Notes under the pieces: generated by a model
Databases searched by the model: none
What the model was told of the DNA's origin: nothing
Seen by the model: only the letters and a program-made list of their open reading frames with translations
Shown: positions 31,497 through 41,209 of the stretch, piece after piece
How the letters are laid out: each line of letters opens with the position of its first letter
Numbering within the stretch: the first letter of the stretch is position 1
Made by a program: the position numbers and the translations under genes
NCBI GenBank assembly: GCA_000165345.1
Contig: CM000430.1
Coordinates: forward strand, 160,001-224,000
DNA length: 64,000 nucleotides
Direction of reading: 5' to 3'

Positions 31497-32338
31497 ATGA
31501 GTATAACAGTGCCTGCTGCCGATGTATCGAGTTTTGTAAGCTGGATATTAAGTTGGATTTCTATAGGTAAGTTCAATTTGTCTTGGTATTTAGTGGTTTT
31601 GGGCTAAAATCCAAATTATTGAGCTTTTCCTTACTTTTTAACTGCAATTTGTTGTCAAAGCTATTGAAATAAGTTTTCATGAGTAATTCAAGGGAAAAGC
31701 AAATTTAATAATAATGGATGTGAGATTCAGAAACGCTAACTCAAAAAACTAAATATTTCAATTCTATTAACTGCTGTTTTAATTTAGTTGTATATTTATG
31801 TTGGATGTTTATACCTGATGAGTACTTAAATCAAATCAATATAACATATTACCCAGATAGGATGTGGGGAATTACTGTTCCAATATATATGTTATTTTTG
31901 CCCTTCATGACAATAATAACATATAATTGTATATCAATTCTTAATGTCAGGCCAACCAATTCATTTGACCTGATTATAGATGAATCAACAAGATACATTG
32001 ATCTATCGTTTCTTTATAAATTCGAGGATTTAGAACAAATTAAGTCAATTTGCAAATCAACCTTGAAAATTTATACAATGGTAAATAAAAATCCTGGTGA
32101 AAAAATTACTGAAGGAGGTAGAAGTGACCACGAGAAAAAGTATGAACTCTATGACGATCCAAAAAGTGCTGTAATTAGACAAGCTTTTAAAAGTGAAGAT
32201 GTGACTTTAGATCTAGTCCATTTAAATAACGAAATAGATTCGATACATAACAATAAAAACATTATTCCAGTGGCAGACTTGCCACTTCCTTTAGTTTGTG
32301 AAATGATATACTCGGATAAGTTTGCAGGGAAACAGTAA
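31497..32338 (+). CDS. PIGP: GPI-GlcNAc transferase subunit PIG-P. Two exons (31497..31566 and 31788..32338) with a 221-nt phase-1 intron at 31567..31787
   Basis: Exon 2 (YLNQINITYYPDRMWGITVPIYMLF...PTNSFDLIID...IIPVADLPLPLVCEMIY) is co-linear with human PIG-P ([24 protein letters not shown]...PLDSIHTITD). The track ORF starts mid-TM1. Upstream exon MSITVPAADVSSFVSWILSWISI ends at a GTAAGT donor. The TTTAG acceptor restores ...IVVYLCWMFIPDEYL, matching PIG-P [14 protein letters not shown]. Confidence 0.7.
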
Positions 32339-32428
32339 TTAAGAGAATATACTAGATGTATTTCGAGGTTATTAATATTGTTTCTATCATTACTAATGCT
32401 TATTTTCTTTTTTTTTTTTTTAACTACC

Positions 32429-33367
32429 TTAAGCAGTAACGAAAGTTAGTATGTTTCTGAATGAAACAGATACTGTATCAAACATTTTTGACATTCTGTA
32501 TGGACATGCATTTTCGTGGCATGGCTGAACATAATCGTTATTGACAAATCTTCGACTTACGAACCCGTTAGAATATCCCTTACCCCAAACAGGTGAGTTT
32601 AAGTTAAATGATAAAGGTGTAAATTCTTTTAGAATATTCTGTGGTCCACTACTTTCATAATGAATGACTCCCCATTCTCCTTTATTATAAATGTCCCTAA
32701 TTGTATACCAGCCATATAACAATCGATCTCCTTTAATACAGGATCCTTGGAACTTGGAGCAGGGTAGATAACCATCTTCTAAAACATTTAATAAAAATGC
32801 TGTATCAAAAAGTGGGAGAGGACTTTCTGTTGCCTCATGTTGAGGTATTAATGATTGAACTAACTTATAACCAATAATATCCATATTTCTTACGTGGTAA
32901 ATGGATGCAACTCTTAACTGGGTTCCTTGATCATATATATATGCAACACCATCCATTGACCTCAATAAGCATAGACCTGACAATTGTGGTCTCTCTGGTG
33001 TCTCGACTACCTTAAATTGAGATTTGAATGCTGGAATGATTGATAATATTCCTCCCCCAAAACCATTAAATGTATTACCAATTGAACATGCTGGAAGTCC
33101 TGCAATATCAACATCAGTCATTTCCTTGAAGAAATCTAACGATTTTCTTTCTAAATCTTCAATTTCACTCTGAGAAGCTCTCCAAATACGCCTATATACG
33201 TCGTAGTTGTTATCTGGAGGGAGATCGCCTCCTGTTGCCAATGGTACAATAATATCCGCCTGGAAATTTAATACATTCGTTATTTCACCTATTACGTGTT
33301 TAAATTTTATTAATACGTGTAAAATTAAAAAAAGTATTATACCTTCCCATCTATTAGTTTTTCTCAT
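32429..33367 (-). CDS. Hypothetical secreted protein with N-terminal signal peptide and no recognisable family
   Basis: ATG at 33367 followed by a hydrophobic h-region (WEGIILFLILHVLIKF). 312 aa ORF with several Cys; no conserved catalytic signature recognised. Confidence 0.4.
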   Translation of the reverse strand: MRKTNRWEGIILFLILHVLIKFKHVIGEITNVLNFQADIIVPLATGGDLPPDNNYDVYRRIWRASQSEIEDLERKSLDFFKEMTDVDIAGLPACSIGNTFNGFGGGILSIIPAFKSQFKVVETPERPQLSGLCLLRSMDGVAYIYDQGTQLRVASIYHVRNMDIIGYKLVQSLIPQHEATESPLPLFDTAFLLNVLEDGYLPCSKFQGSCIKGDRLLYGWYTIRDIYNKGEWGVIHYESSGPQNILKEFTPLSFNLNSPVWGKGYSNGFVSRRFVNNDYVQPCHENACPYRMSKMFDTVSVSFRNILTFVTA

Positions 33368-33964
33368 TTTTTTTCTTTTAAAAGATACTTCCTGGTTCTA
33401 AAAAACTAATTAGACTAGCGAATTTTTTTTTTTTTAGTATTGACTTTCCTTATAGATATTCAATAAAAAATCAAACTTTTGTATTTCTTTTCTTTTTGCC
33501 CTTTTATTGCTGAAATGTAGTCGGCAGAAGAAAAAAAAATAATAAATAATTTACCTTTTATATTTGACACGTTTCTTAATCAGAAACTTAAATATTAAAT
33601 GCTGTTGTCATTTATTCTTTAATTGTTGTCCTAGAGTATATTTTTTTCAGAGTTATCACTTTTTCAACAGCTCAATACACAATTTCACTAGAATACGAGT
33701 TACATGCATTTTTTGTGTTGTCCACATAAAATACTATAATATTAATGTGAATTTACATGCATGCAATTAATAAGAAGCAACAAATAGGAGAGGAAGAAAA
33801 ATATGACGGAATAATATCAATAATTAATAGGTAATTAAAGCTACTCTAATGTATTCGTGTCTTTTTTAAATTATTAAAATGTTTTCTTAATACTACCTAT
33901 CCTAAATTCAAATGAGATAGAATACTCTCTTAACTAAATAAAGGTAATTATTAATAGAAGAGTT

Positions 33965-34597
33965 TTATAGGTTAGGAACGTCTTCTCCAGGAACTACAAA
34001 TTCCTCCACTCCACTCTTGTTAATGACTATAATTCTGATAATGCCACCAGAAGAAGAGTCTCTGAACATAGCGTGGGAAACTAAATCCCTAGCAAAAGAT
34101 TTACATTCATCAAGGTCCATTTCTGAATGGTACTTAGAGTCTAACATAGAGTAAATATAGCCTGATCCTGATCCTGATATTGCATATGAACCTTCAATCA
34201 AAGTTCCCCCCAATGGGATCCTGAAAACTTTAAATTCACCATTTGGATCCATTCCTGCAATGATCATATCTGCTAATAAGTGTTCTTTATTCTGATATGA
34301 TATCAATCTAGCAACAGAAGCGACAGACTTCACTTTTGTATCTTCGCCAGTCTCAAGCTCGTGATCCTGAACAATTCGGCGTACATATCTAGAAATAATT
34401 TGGGTGTCTGCTGCAGATCCAGAACGGCACATAAATACTTTATCAGTAATTTGAGTTATCTTCCTTGCTGCTCTAAAAGCAATAATTGGTCCAGTGGAGG
34501 TTCTTCCATCTGCTGCTAGAACCAACCCATCCTTGTATTTCAATGCCACAATTGTGGTTCCTGTCTCAATTTCTCCATTCAAAAAATCCAGTTCCAT
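33965..34597 (-). CDS. PSMB6: Proteasome subunit beta type-6 (beta1, catalytic Thr)
   Basis: Propeptide ...EIETG then TTIVA. Motifs CRSGSAADTQ, MIIAGMDP, SGSGSGYIYS, RDSSSGGIIRI and KSGVEE align with PSMB6. The track start at 34657 is GTG; the first ATG is at 34597. Confidence 0.85.
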   Translation of the reverse strand: MELDFLNGEIETGTTIVALKYKDGLVLAADGRTSTGPIIAFRAARKITQITDKVFMCRSGSAADTQIISRYVRRIVQDHELETGEDTKVKSVASVARLISYQNKEHLLADMIIAGMDPNGEFKVFRIPLGGTLIEGSYAISGSGSGYIYSMLDSKYHSEMDLDECKSFARDLVSHAMFRDSSSGGIIRIIVINKSGVEEFVVPGEDVPNL

Positions 34598-34667
34598 GAT
34601 TTTCTGATCCTTTGTTCTAGCTTTCTTACTTATTTTAAATTCGTTTATTAAGCACACTAATTCAAAA

Positions 34668-34678
34668 TTGCGCCAAAG
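34668..34678. promoter_or_regulatory. E2F half-site TTGCGCCAAAG about 70 bp upstream of proteasome beta1
   Basis: sequence. Confidence 0.35.
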
Positions 34679-35072
34679 AGGTTCACAGAATAAATTATGG
34701 GAAAATATATTTCAAACATTACGCGCAAATTAAAACAATAAAGATTTATTTGTTAGTTAATGAAATGGGAGTAATGGGGGTTTCTTTAAACTTTATATAC
34801 ATCCAATCAATCTAAGGATACCCTCCCCCCAAATATTTCTAGTACTTTCTGTCTGTTTCCCCTTATTTATGTGTATACAAGTAGTAACTAAAGTAGAATA
34901 GAAATAACAGTGAAAGATCTCCATATCTGCTCGGTAAAAATGAGGAAACATCTAATTTTTTTTCTCCACAGCAGTCATAAAGTGCAATATTTGATATAGA
35001 ATTAGACTTTACTAATGCTATTCAAATCAACTAAATAATGTGATAAAAAAAAGAATATCTGTCCTTTTTTTT

Positions 35073-35756
35073 TCAAGTAAGTTTAGGATTTTCGTTCATA
35101 GGATTCTCAGGAGACTTCTTCCAATTCTTTTGTAACATCTGAAGAAGTTGAGACCTTTTTAATGTGGGATTCTCATTCTTTAGAATTGGAAGGTTGTTAT
35201 CTACGTAAGCTAGCCATGCAGCTTTTTGTCTCTTCTCTGGATGCATATCTGCACTCTGCTTATCATCAACTCCAAGAGCCAAAAGAGCTTCATCAAGTGT
35301 TGATGCAGAAATATATTCAATATTCTTAGACTCAGTTTCAATCCTAAGTTCTTTCTCAATCCTATTGGGATTCTCCACAAGTAAATCGTCGTATCCTGAC
35401 TCTTCACTTTTGTTGCGAGAAATACCTGAAGAAGACTGCATTGCAAACATCAAAGTTCTTTTCGCTATCTCAGCCTTTGTAAGCTTGTTTCCTGTTGCTG
35501 TCTTGGCTTTGTTTGAAATTATCTTAGAATCTTCTTCCTCATATAACTTCTTTAACTCCTGTTTCTTTTGTTGTTTCTCTTCTTGCTTATTTAATGCCTC
35601 CTTTCTTCTTTCAATCTTCCTATTAGCATGTTTGTCATCATCTCTCCACTTTTCGTTCTCTGCACGTTCCTCCTCTTTTCTCTTCTTTTCTAAAGCTGCT
35701 GCCTGTTTTCTTTCTCGGGCTTCAAGAGCCTTCTGATTCATACCACCATATCCCAT
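35073..35756 (-). CDS. CCDC124: Coiled-coil domain-containing protein 124 homolog (CCDC124/Lso2 family ribosome-associated factor)
   Basis: WRDDDKHANRKIERRKE, LYEEEDSKI and HPEKRQKAAWLAYVDNNLPILKNENPTLKRSQLLQMLQKNWKKSPENPMN are co-linear with human CCDC124. Confidence 0.75.
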   Translation of the reverse strand: MGYGGMNQKALEARERKQAAALEKKRKEEERAENEKWRDDDKHANRKIERRKEALNKQEEKQQKKQELKKLYEEEDSKIISNKAKTATGNKLTKAEIAKRTLMFAMQSSSGISRNKSEESGYDDLLVENPNRIEKELRIETESKNIEYISASTLDEALLALGVDDKQSADMHPEKRQKAAWLAYVDNNLPILKNENPTLKRSQLLQMLQKNWKKSPENPMNENPKLT

Positions 35757-35884
35757 CTATTCTCTCATCTAACTAAAGCTTTTTATTCGGTAATTATTAC
35801 TTATTAGATAAATAATAACTCTTATTTCTAATCTTGGGTTAATTCCTTTACATTTATTTCTTAATTATTTTACTCATATAAGAT

Positions 35885-35896
35885 TGAGCGCCAAAA
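35885..35896. promoter_or_regulatory. E2F half-site TGAGCGCCAAAA upstream of CCDC124
   Basis: sequence. Confidence 0.35.
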
Positions 35897-36301
35897 TGAC
35901 AAACCTAATTTAAATAGCATGCAAAAGGAATATTAACAAGATTAACACAGATATTACAAACTAGATAAAAAATAGCAATAAAATTACGGTAAAACTATGA
36001 AATCTCTAAATTCATAAATAGCAATATTATAAACAACATCTATTACACCTCTAGTTTTATCCCTGCTAGTTTTCTTTTGAAGTTACTAGCATTTATATGC
36101 TTTTAAGATGCAATTATTAGTACTATAAATATACAACGCGTTTCCCCCACGTAATTTTATTCTTCCTTTATGTGTATAAATACCTTAAATTTCAGTGAAT
36201 GAGTATTTAGTAAGCTGGAAAAAAAAAACTAAATAGCTCATTTTTTTCTTCTTTTTATTTCATTGTATATTTAAAAGTTTTGAGAATCTTTAGTATTTTT
36301 A

Positions 36302-38197
36302 CTAGTAAAGGAATATCCTTCCAGTATCATTCTTATCAAAATTTATGTGACACAAAGGACACTTCCTATTTCTTGATGATAAATTTCTATCAATACAGTC
36401 TCTGCAAAATAGATGTCCGCACCTATTAATTACAGTATCTTTAACTTTATCACAGCATACTGAACATTTCATTAAAGTTAAAAGTTCTTGATTCTCTGAT
36501 TTGAGTGAATTAATTTCTTTATCATAATCATCAATCTGTAGATTTATATTTTCTTCAGTATCATCAAAATTAATCTCCAAGTTGGTGAGCTTATGTACCC
36601 TATTTAGAATATATTGTACTCTGTTCTTAAGGATTGAAATTGTTGTATTATAATTTAATTCTTTATTTTCAATAGATTTCAATTTTTCCTTAAGCTTGCA
36701 ATACTCAGATTTGTAAAATTCAAGATCTAGTTTGTGTTTCTCAGTTATTGTCTTTTGCTCGATTAAAGACTTGTATACATCATTAAAATCATTTCCATGT
36801 TGTGTTTGGTAGTTACTCACTTGTTTATCTTCGCTGAGTTTGTTAATAAAGGATAAATGCTTATTTAAGAATTCAGATATCCTTGTCTCTTGGTTTTGTT
36901 GTATTCTATCAGAGTTAAGTACTTCTCTTGGTGATTCATTTTTGTTGGTTCTTCGAACCAAAGATAACTTCTCCTCATATAAAATCTTAATAGTTTCCAT
37001 TTCTTTGAGAGTTTGCTTAATGTCATCAATCCCTATTTTGAAATCATCATACTCCTTCTCCTTTTCTTTAAGTTTCTGCCGTAAATCGTCACATTCCAAA
37101 CTCTTTTCTTCAAAAGCATTACTTAATTCCTCGTATTCATTCATTAAATTTTCGATTACTTCTTCTTTTTCTCCTTTTTCCAGCTTTAAGTTGACGGTCT
37201 TAATGAACTCTGTTATTCTCATCTTCTCTGATTCAATTTTGCTATTTGCAAGCTCAAGTTCTCTGATTTTCTTTTTTTGCTCTTTATCTCTAGTATCCAA
37301 AGTCCTCTTAGAACTCTCTAAAGAAAATAGATCTTGTTTTAAAGAATTATACCTGTATTTAATATCCTCTAATTCTTGTATTATTACCTTGTTATGTTCC
37401 TCACAACTTTTTTGGTTTGCTAGAAAGTCCTTTATATCTTTAAGCAACTTGCTTTCAATCAAAGTAACGAATTTGAGCTTTTCAGAATTAAGTTGAGTTC
37501 TTAATTCAAAAATTTCTCCTATAATGCTTTGCACACAAATACAAAATTTGTCATCATCATCTTCCTTTTTACTGCTAATTTTCCCTTCAAAACTCTCATA
37601 TGGAGCGCACTTATTCACATTTTTTCTTAACTCGAAATTCTCCTGAGAGATCGCTTCGTACTTATTGGTCAATTCAGAAATTTGTTTTTCTTTTTCAATC
37701 AATTTCGACTTAATATCGCTTGAAATGATGTCAATTCTATCAACCTCAGATGAACAATCGTTTATTGGCTCGCTTAAAGTGGCTCCTTGTCTATTTGATT
37801 GATCAGTTTTACCAGACATACCAATTGAGTTCGTATTGGAGTTTGGATTTCCGGGTGAATAGAATCTTTTGAAGACATTCTGCATACTCAAACGTTGATT
37901 TTCGTTCCTTAAAGACAATATTTCATCATCTTTTTGTTGTATTATATGTTCAAACTTTTTTGATAGATTTTCTTCCTCAGATTTTCCTTCATCTTGAATT
38001 TTGTCAAAGATTGGAACCATTTCAGATATCTTAGCCTCCAGCTCATTAATTCTACGCCTGTACTGTTTACTAGATTCTTGCAGCTGAACTACATGGTAAT
38101 TAGTCAATTCCTGTGATTCTAATGGCAAATTTTCAGCCTTTGAAGAAATAGAGGGTCTTTTTGATTCATTTTCCTCTCTCTTCCTTTTACTAATCAT
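36302..38197 (-). CDS. BRE1: BRE1-type E3 ubiquitin ligase (RNF20/40 family; histone H2B monoubiquitination), a long coiled coil with a C-terminal C3HC4 RING
   Basis: C-terminal CSVCCDKVKDTVINRCGHLFCRDCIDRNLSSRNRKCPLCHINFDKNDTGRIFLY matches the BRE1 RING (CPCCN..KDAVLTKCFHVFCFECV...[22 protein letters not shown]). The rest is heptad-rich. The track start at 38203 is TTG; the ATG is at 38197. Confidence 0.7.
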   Translation of the reverse strand: MISKRKREENESKRPSISSKAENLPLESQELTNYHVVQLQESSKQYRRRINELEAKISEMVPIFDKIQDEGKSEEENLSKKFEHIIQQKDDEILSLRNENQRLSMQNVFKRFYSPGNPNSNTNSIGMSGKTDQSNRQGATLSEPINDCSSEVDRIDIISSDIKSKLIEKEKQISELTNKYEAISQENFELRKNVNKCAPYESFEGKISSKKEDDDDKFCICVQSIIGEIFELRTQLNSEKLKFVTLIESKLLKDIKDFLANQKSCEEHNKVIIQELEDIKYRYNSLKQDLFSLESSKRTLDTRDKEQKKKIRELELANSKIESEKMRITEFIKTVNLKLEKGEKEEVIENLMNEYEELSNAFEEKSLECDDLRQKLKEKEKEYDDFKIGIDDIKQTLKEMETIKILYEEKLSLVRRTNKNESPREVLNSDRIQQNQETRISEFLNKHLSFINKLSEDKQVSNYQTQHGNDFNDVYKSLIEQKTITEKHKLDLEFYKSEYCKLKEKLKSIENKELNYNTTISILKNRVQYILNRVHKLTNLEINFDDTEENINLQIDDYDKEINSLKSENQELLTLMKCSVCCDKVKDTVINRCGHLFCRDCIDRNLSSRNRKCPLCHINFDKNDTGRIFLY

Positions 38198-38275
38198 CTC
38201 CAAAGTGAAATTTCTTATACAAGTTATTCAGACTTTGAACCACCGAAAAAGTTGTGTTTCCGTTCGCTTTACTAC

Positions 38276-38298
38276 CTCTCTCTTTCTCTCTCTCTCAC
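38276..38298. repeat. (TC)n dinucleotide tract immediately upstream of the BRE1 start
   Basis: ctctctttctctctctctc. Confidence 0.7.
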
Positions 38299-39065
38299 TA
38301 CCTACTTTTTTTCTTACTTTATTCACTAAGCCAAGCAATAATTACTTGAGCAGTTTTCATGTATGACTAATTGGCAATTAAGCGCCAAGCAACTTTTTCG
38401 TCTCTAAATTAATATTAGTGAGGGGGAAGCCAATATAATATTAAAGAAAAAATAATCAAAATGTAAATAGATATATATATGAATGACTTGTTTTTGATAT
38501 ATTTTGGGTGAGTATTTAGCTCTGAGCATCAGTGTCCAAATAACTGTTTCCCAATGATACTTTGGGGTCGTTGTTCTTATATAAAATTAAGATTATATCA
38601 TTTGACTCAACGGTAATTATTTTTCTAAAAATAAGTTAGGAAATGAGAATTTAAGTTAAACTTGTGCGTGTGTTCAGTGAATAAACTTACTTTTTTGTTG
38701 TTTCTATAGTTATTGAAATATTCTCACTCAAAATTGAGCTTGATAAAGAACTTCTAATTTGTGTGATAGTAGAACAAAACTCTGAGACTTCATGTTTAAT
38801 ATGTTTAGATCCATATTCTGATTAATATTTAGAGATTATTTACTAGAACAGCAATAAGATTAATATAATTTACCTTGAATTGGTAGGCCTGTTTTTGTAA
38901 AAGATGCCATTCCTATGAATCCTGGTGAATTCTTTAATATCTCATAAGTAGAACTCATTTTATTAAGACTAAAAATATAAATATGCACTAAATTTGAATC
39001 TTAGAAATTTAATTATTTAATTTTTATTACTTTATTCTTGTTTCAATTCAGTCAATTAAATTCGT

Positions 39066-39089
39066 GTGGCGCCGAACACGTATTGTGGG
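39066..39089. promoter_or_regulatory. GGCGCC plus ATTGTGGG composite (GTGGCGCCGAACACGTATTGTGGG)
   Basis: Lies in the 1.1-kb spacer upstream of BRE1. Could also serve the candidate small gene at 38958. Confidence 0.4.
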
Positions 39090-39288
39090 AATCTACTGTG
39101 CAAATTCAACAATGTTAAAAAATTAGGATAAAAAAACAGAAAAAAAATAGTATTAGCAACTATTAAGACTATAAATATATATATATATAGCAATGTAGAT
39201 AATATAAAAAGATTTTTCTAGTATTTGTTAGCATTAGCTATGCCTTCGGTATATATGAAGTCCAAATATTTGTAAATAACAAATCACA

Positions 39289-40515
39289 TCAACACCCATT
39301 ATATACATCCGAACGAGTAAATTTGGGTCGGTTGTTCTGGTTTGATACTTGTAACTTACTATATTGAGGAGGTGTACCAGAATTTCCATTTGAGCAATTT
39401 GCATTTGGAGATGTTGCAATATTCCTATTTACAGATATGGTAGGTTTGGACCAATTAAGGAAAATCTTTGCTTCATTTCGAAGTTTATATGAAACATCAG
39501 AGGAAATTAAAGGTTGGGTAAAGCTGTTCTTGTTTGAAGATTGTTGTGAAGAGTCTAATGAGTCCAATGTTTGAATATTCAATACTTGGCCTGTTGGCTT
39601 TTCAGTACAAGTACCTGAACTATCATTTTCATCAGAAAATTTTACTGCAATATGCGATAATTTTTCAATATTATCTTCAGAATTGTTTTTATGAATAATT
39701 TCGCCGCTATTTTTAGTACTTTGTTTTTTTAGCATTGTTATACGATTTTGCTCCTTCTTCTGAAAGATTTGACTATTAATTTGTATAGAAGTAGTCATGC
39801 CTGGTCCATTAGAAATGCTTGAACAACCATTTTCGACTAAAGATTCTGACTCCTCTAGATTGGACCTTCTTTCATTTTTTTGTTCAACCTTTGAAAGAAC
39901 GTCATTCAATAATCCATAATGCTTATGAGCATTTGGAGGAATACCATTAATCTTAATGTGCACATATAATGACCAGGAAGGGTAAAGAAAGAAACAAATC
40001 GATATAATACATAGTAAATAAGCACAAGAGTATGTAATATATCCACGGATAACGGAAGCAATTAGAGCGTAAACATTGGCTATTAGTTGAAAGTTCAATT
40101 GTATAAAAAAGAAATATACGCATCGAGAATTTGAAATTGTGCATCCAATATAACCAAGCACACCACAAAATATACCAAAAGATATCAATAATAGACCTAA
40201 TACCATTATAATGGCGACAAAGAGAACAGTTTGAGTTCCAATTACTTCAGTAAATAAGTAAGATCCCTCGAATACCAGCAAACTTAACCAAATACATATC
40301 GACATTATAGAGATAAGCCTTACAAATGTGTCAAGTTCACAGCCTAGTATATTTGAGGCAGGCTTGATAGGAATACAAAATAGGAATTCTGGATAACTCT
40401 CGCACTTCTTACCATGTGTTGTTCTAGTCGCTTTTCCAGGGTAAGGAAGTAAATGGTGTTTAAACTGTTCCCTTTCACCCTTCTTAGAGTAAGATAAACG
40501 ACGCTGATGTCGCAT
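39289..40515 (-). CDS. Hypothetical multipass membrane protein (4-5 TM helices) with a Ser/Asn-rich C-terminal tail
   Basis: ATG at 40515. Hydrophobic helices (LISIMSICIWLSLLVF, VLFVAIIMVLGLLLISFGIFCGVLGYIGC, IANVYALIASVI, SCAYLLCIISICFFLY). No family signature. Confidence 0.4.
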   Translation of the reverse strand: MRHQRRLSYSKKGEREQFKHHLLPYPGKATRTTHGKKCESYPEFLFCIPIKPASNILGCELDTFVRLISIMSICIWLSLLVFEGSYLFTEVIGTQTVLFVAIIMVLGLLLISFGIFCGVLGYIGCTISNSRCVYFFFIQLNFQLIANVYALIASVIRGYITYSCAYLLCIISICFFLYPSWSLYVHIKINGIPPNAHKHYGLLNDVLSKVEQKNERRSNLEESESLVENGCSSISNGPGMTTSIQINSQIFQKKEQNRITMLKKQSTKNSGEIIHKNNSEDNIEKLSHIAVKFSDENDSSGTCTEKPTGQVLNIQTLDSLDSSQQSSNKNSFTQPLISSDVSYKLRNEAKIFLNWSKPTISVNRNIATSPNANCSNGNSGTPPQYSKLQVSNQNNRPKFTRSDVYNGC

Positions 40516-40608
40516 ATTATGGATTCTGTTCTTGCATGCTCTATAAGCTTTTTCCAGGCGATATTTCCTAATCAGTTGATTAATTCTTTTTTAATTCACT
40601 CCCACCAT

Positions 40609-40620
40609 CCCCCCCCCCCC
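40609..40620. repeat. C12 homopolymer about 95 bp upstream of the membrane-protein gene start
   Basis: Twelve consecutive C in an about 25% GC region. Confidence 0.8.
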
Positions 40621-41209
40621 AAATATTCACTTGCCCGCTCAAACTATCGTAGTACCGGCATTGTCATTTTATATTTGCATTTATGCAAATTTTCATTAAA
40701 AATTATTGCATGTGGACAAAATTAATTACGTGGAATAACGAAAGAAGCATTTAACAGCACACAAATTATTTAATAATTTAACTTTTCAGGAAAAAAATTA
40801 AAATTCATAGGACTTTGGATTGGATGAAATGTGTATATTTATCAAACAGAAAAATTCATAGACAAATTAAAAAGAAGAAAAAAGGTTGGCAATAAACAAT
40901 ATGAAGTTTAACAATATTAATGAATGCCTGAAGATCAAATACCTTTAAATAAAAAAAACACAAGTAAAAAAAATTAATAAATAATATATTATGAATTAAT
41001 AAGTGGAAATAATCTAATTGTGAAGTTAATGTTATCTTTATTCAAAGAACTTAGATGTAATAGGAAGTCAATAGCAAGAGGATATGAGCCAAAGCAGTAT
41101 AAGCAATAGCAAGAAATTTTCTATTTTAAGTTATTTTTTGCTTCCTCTCAATTATTCCCTATAAAATAATTGCTCCTTTTTACGTAAATCTAATCTTTCC
41201 ATCAACTTT

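Noticed and set aside
36840-37496. 218-aa plus-strand ORF inside BRE1
   Set aside because: Antisense to the BRE1 coiled-coil coding region. Its Ser/Leu/Phe-rich product is typical of antisense of K/E-rich heptad repeats
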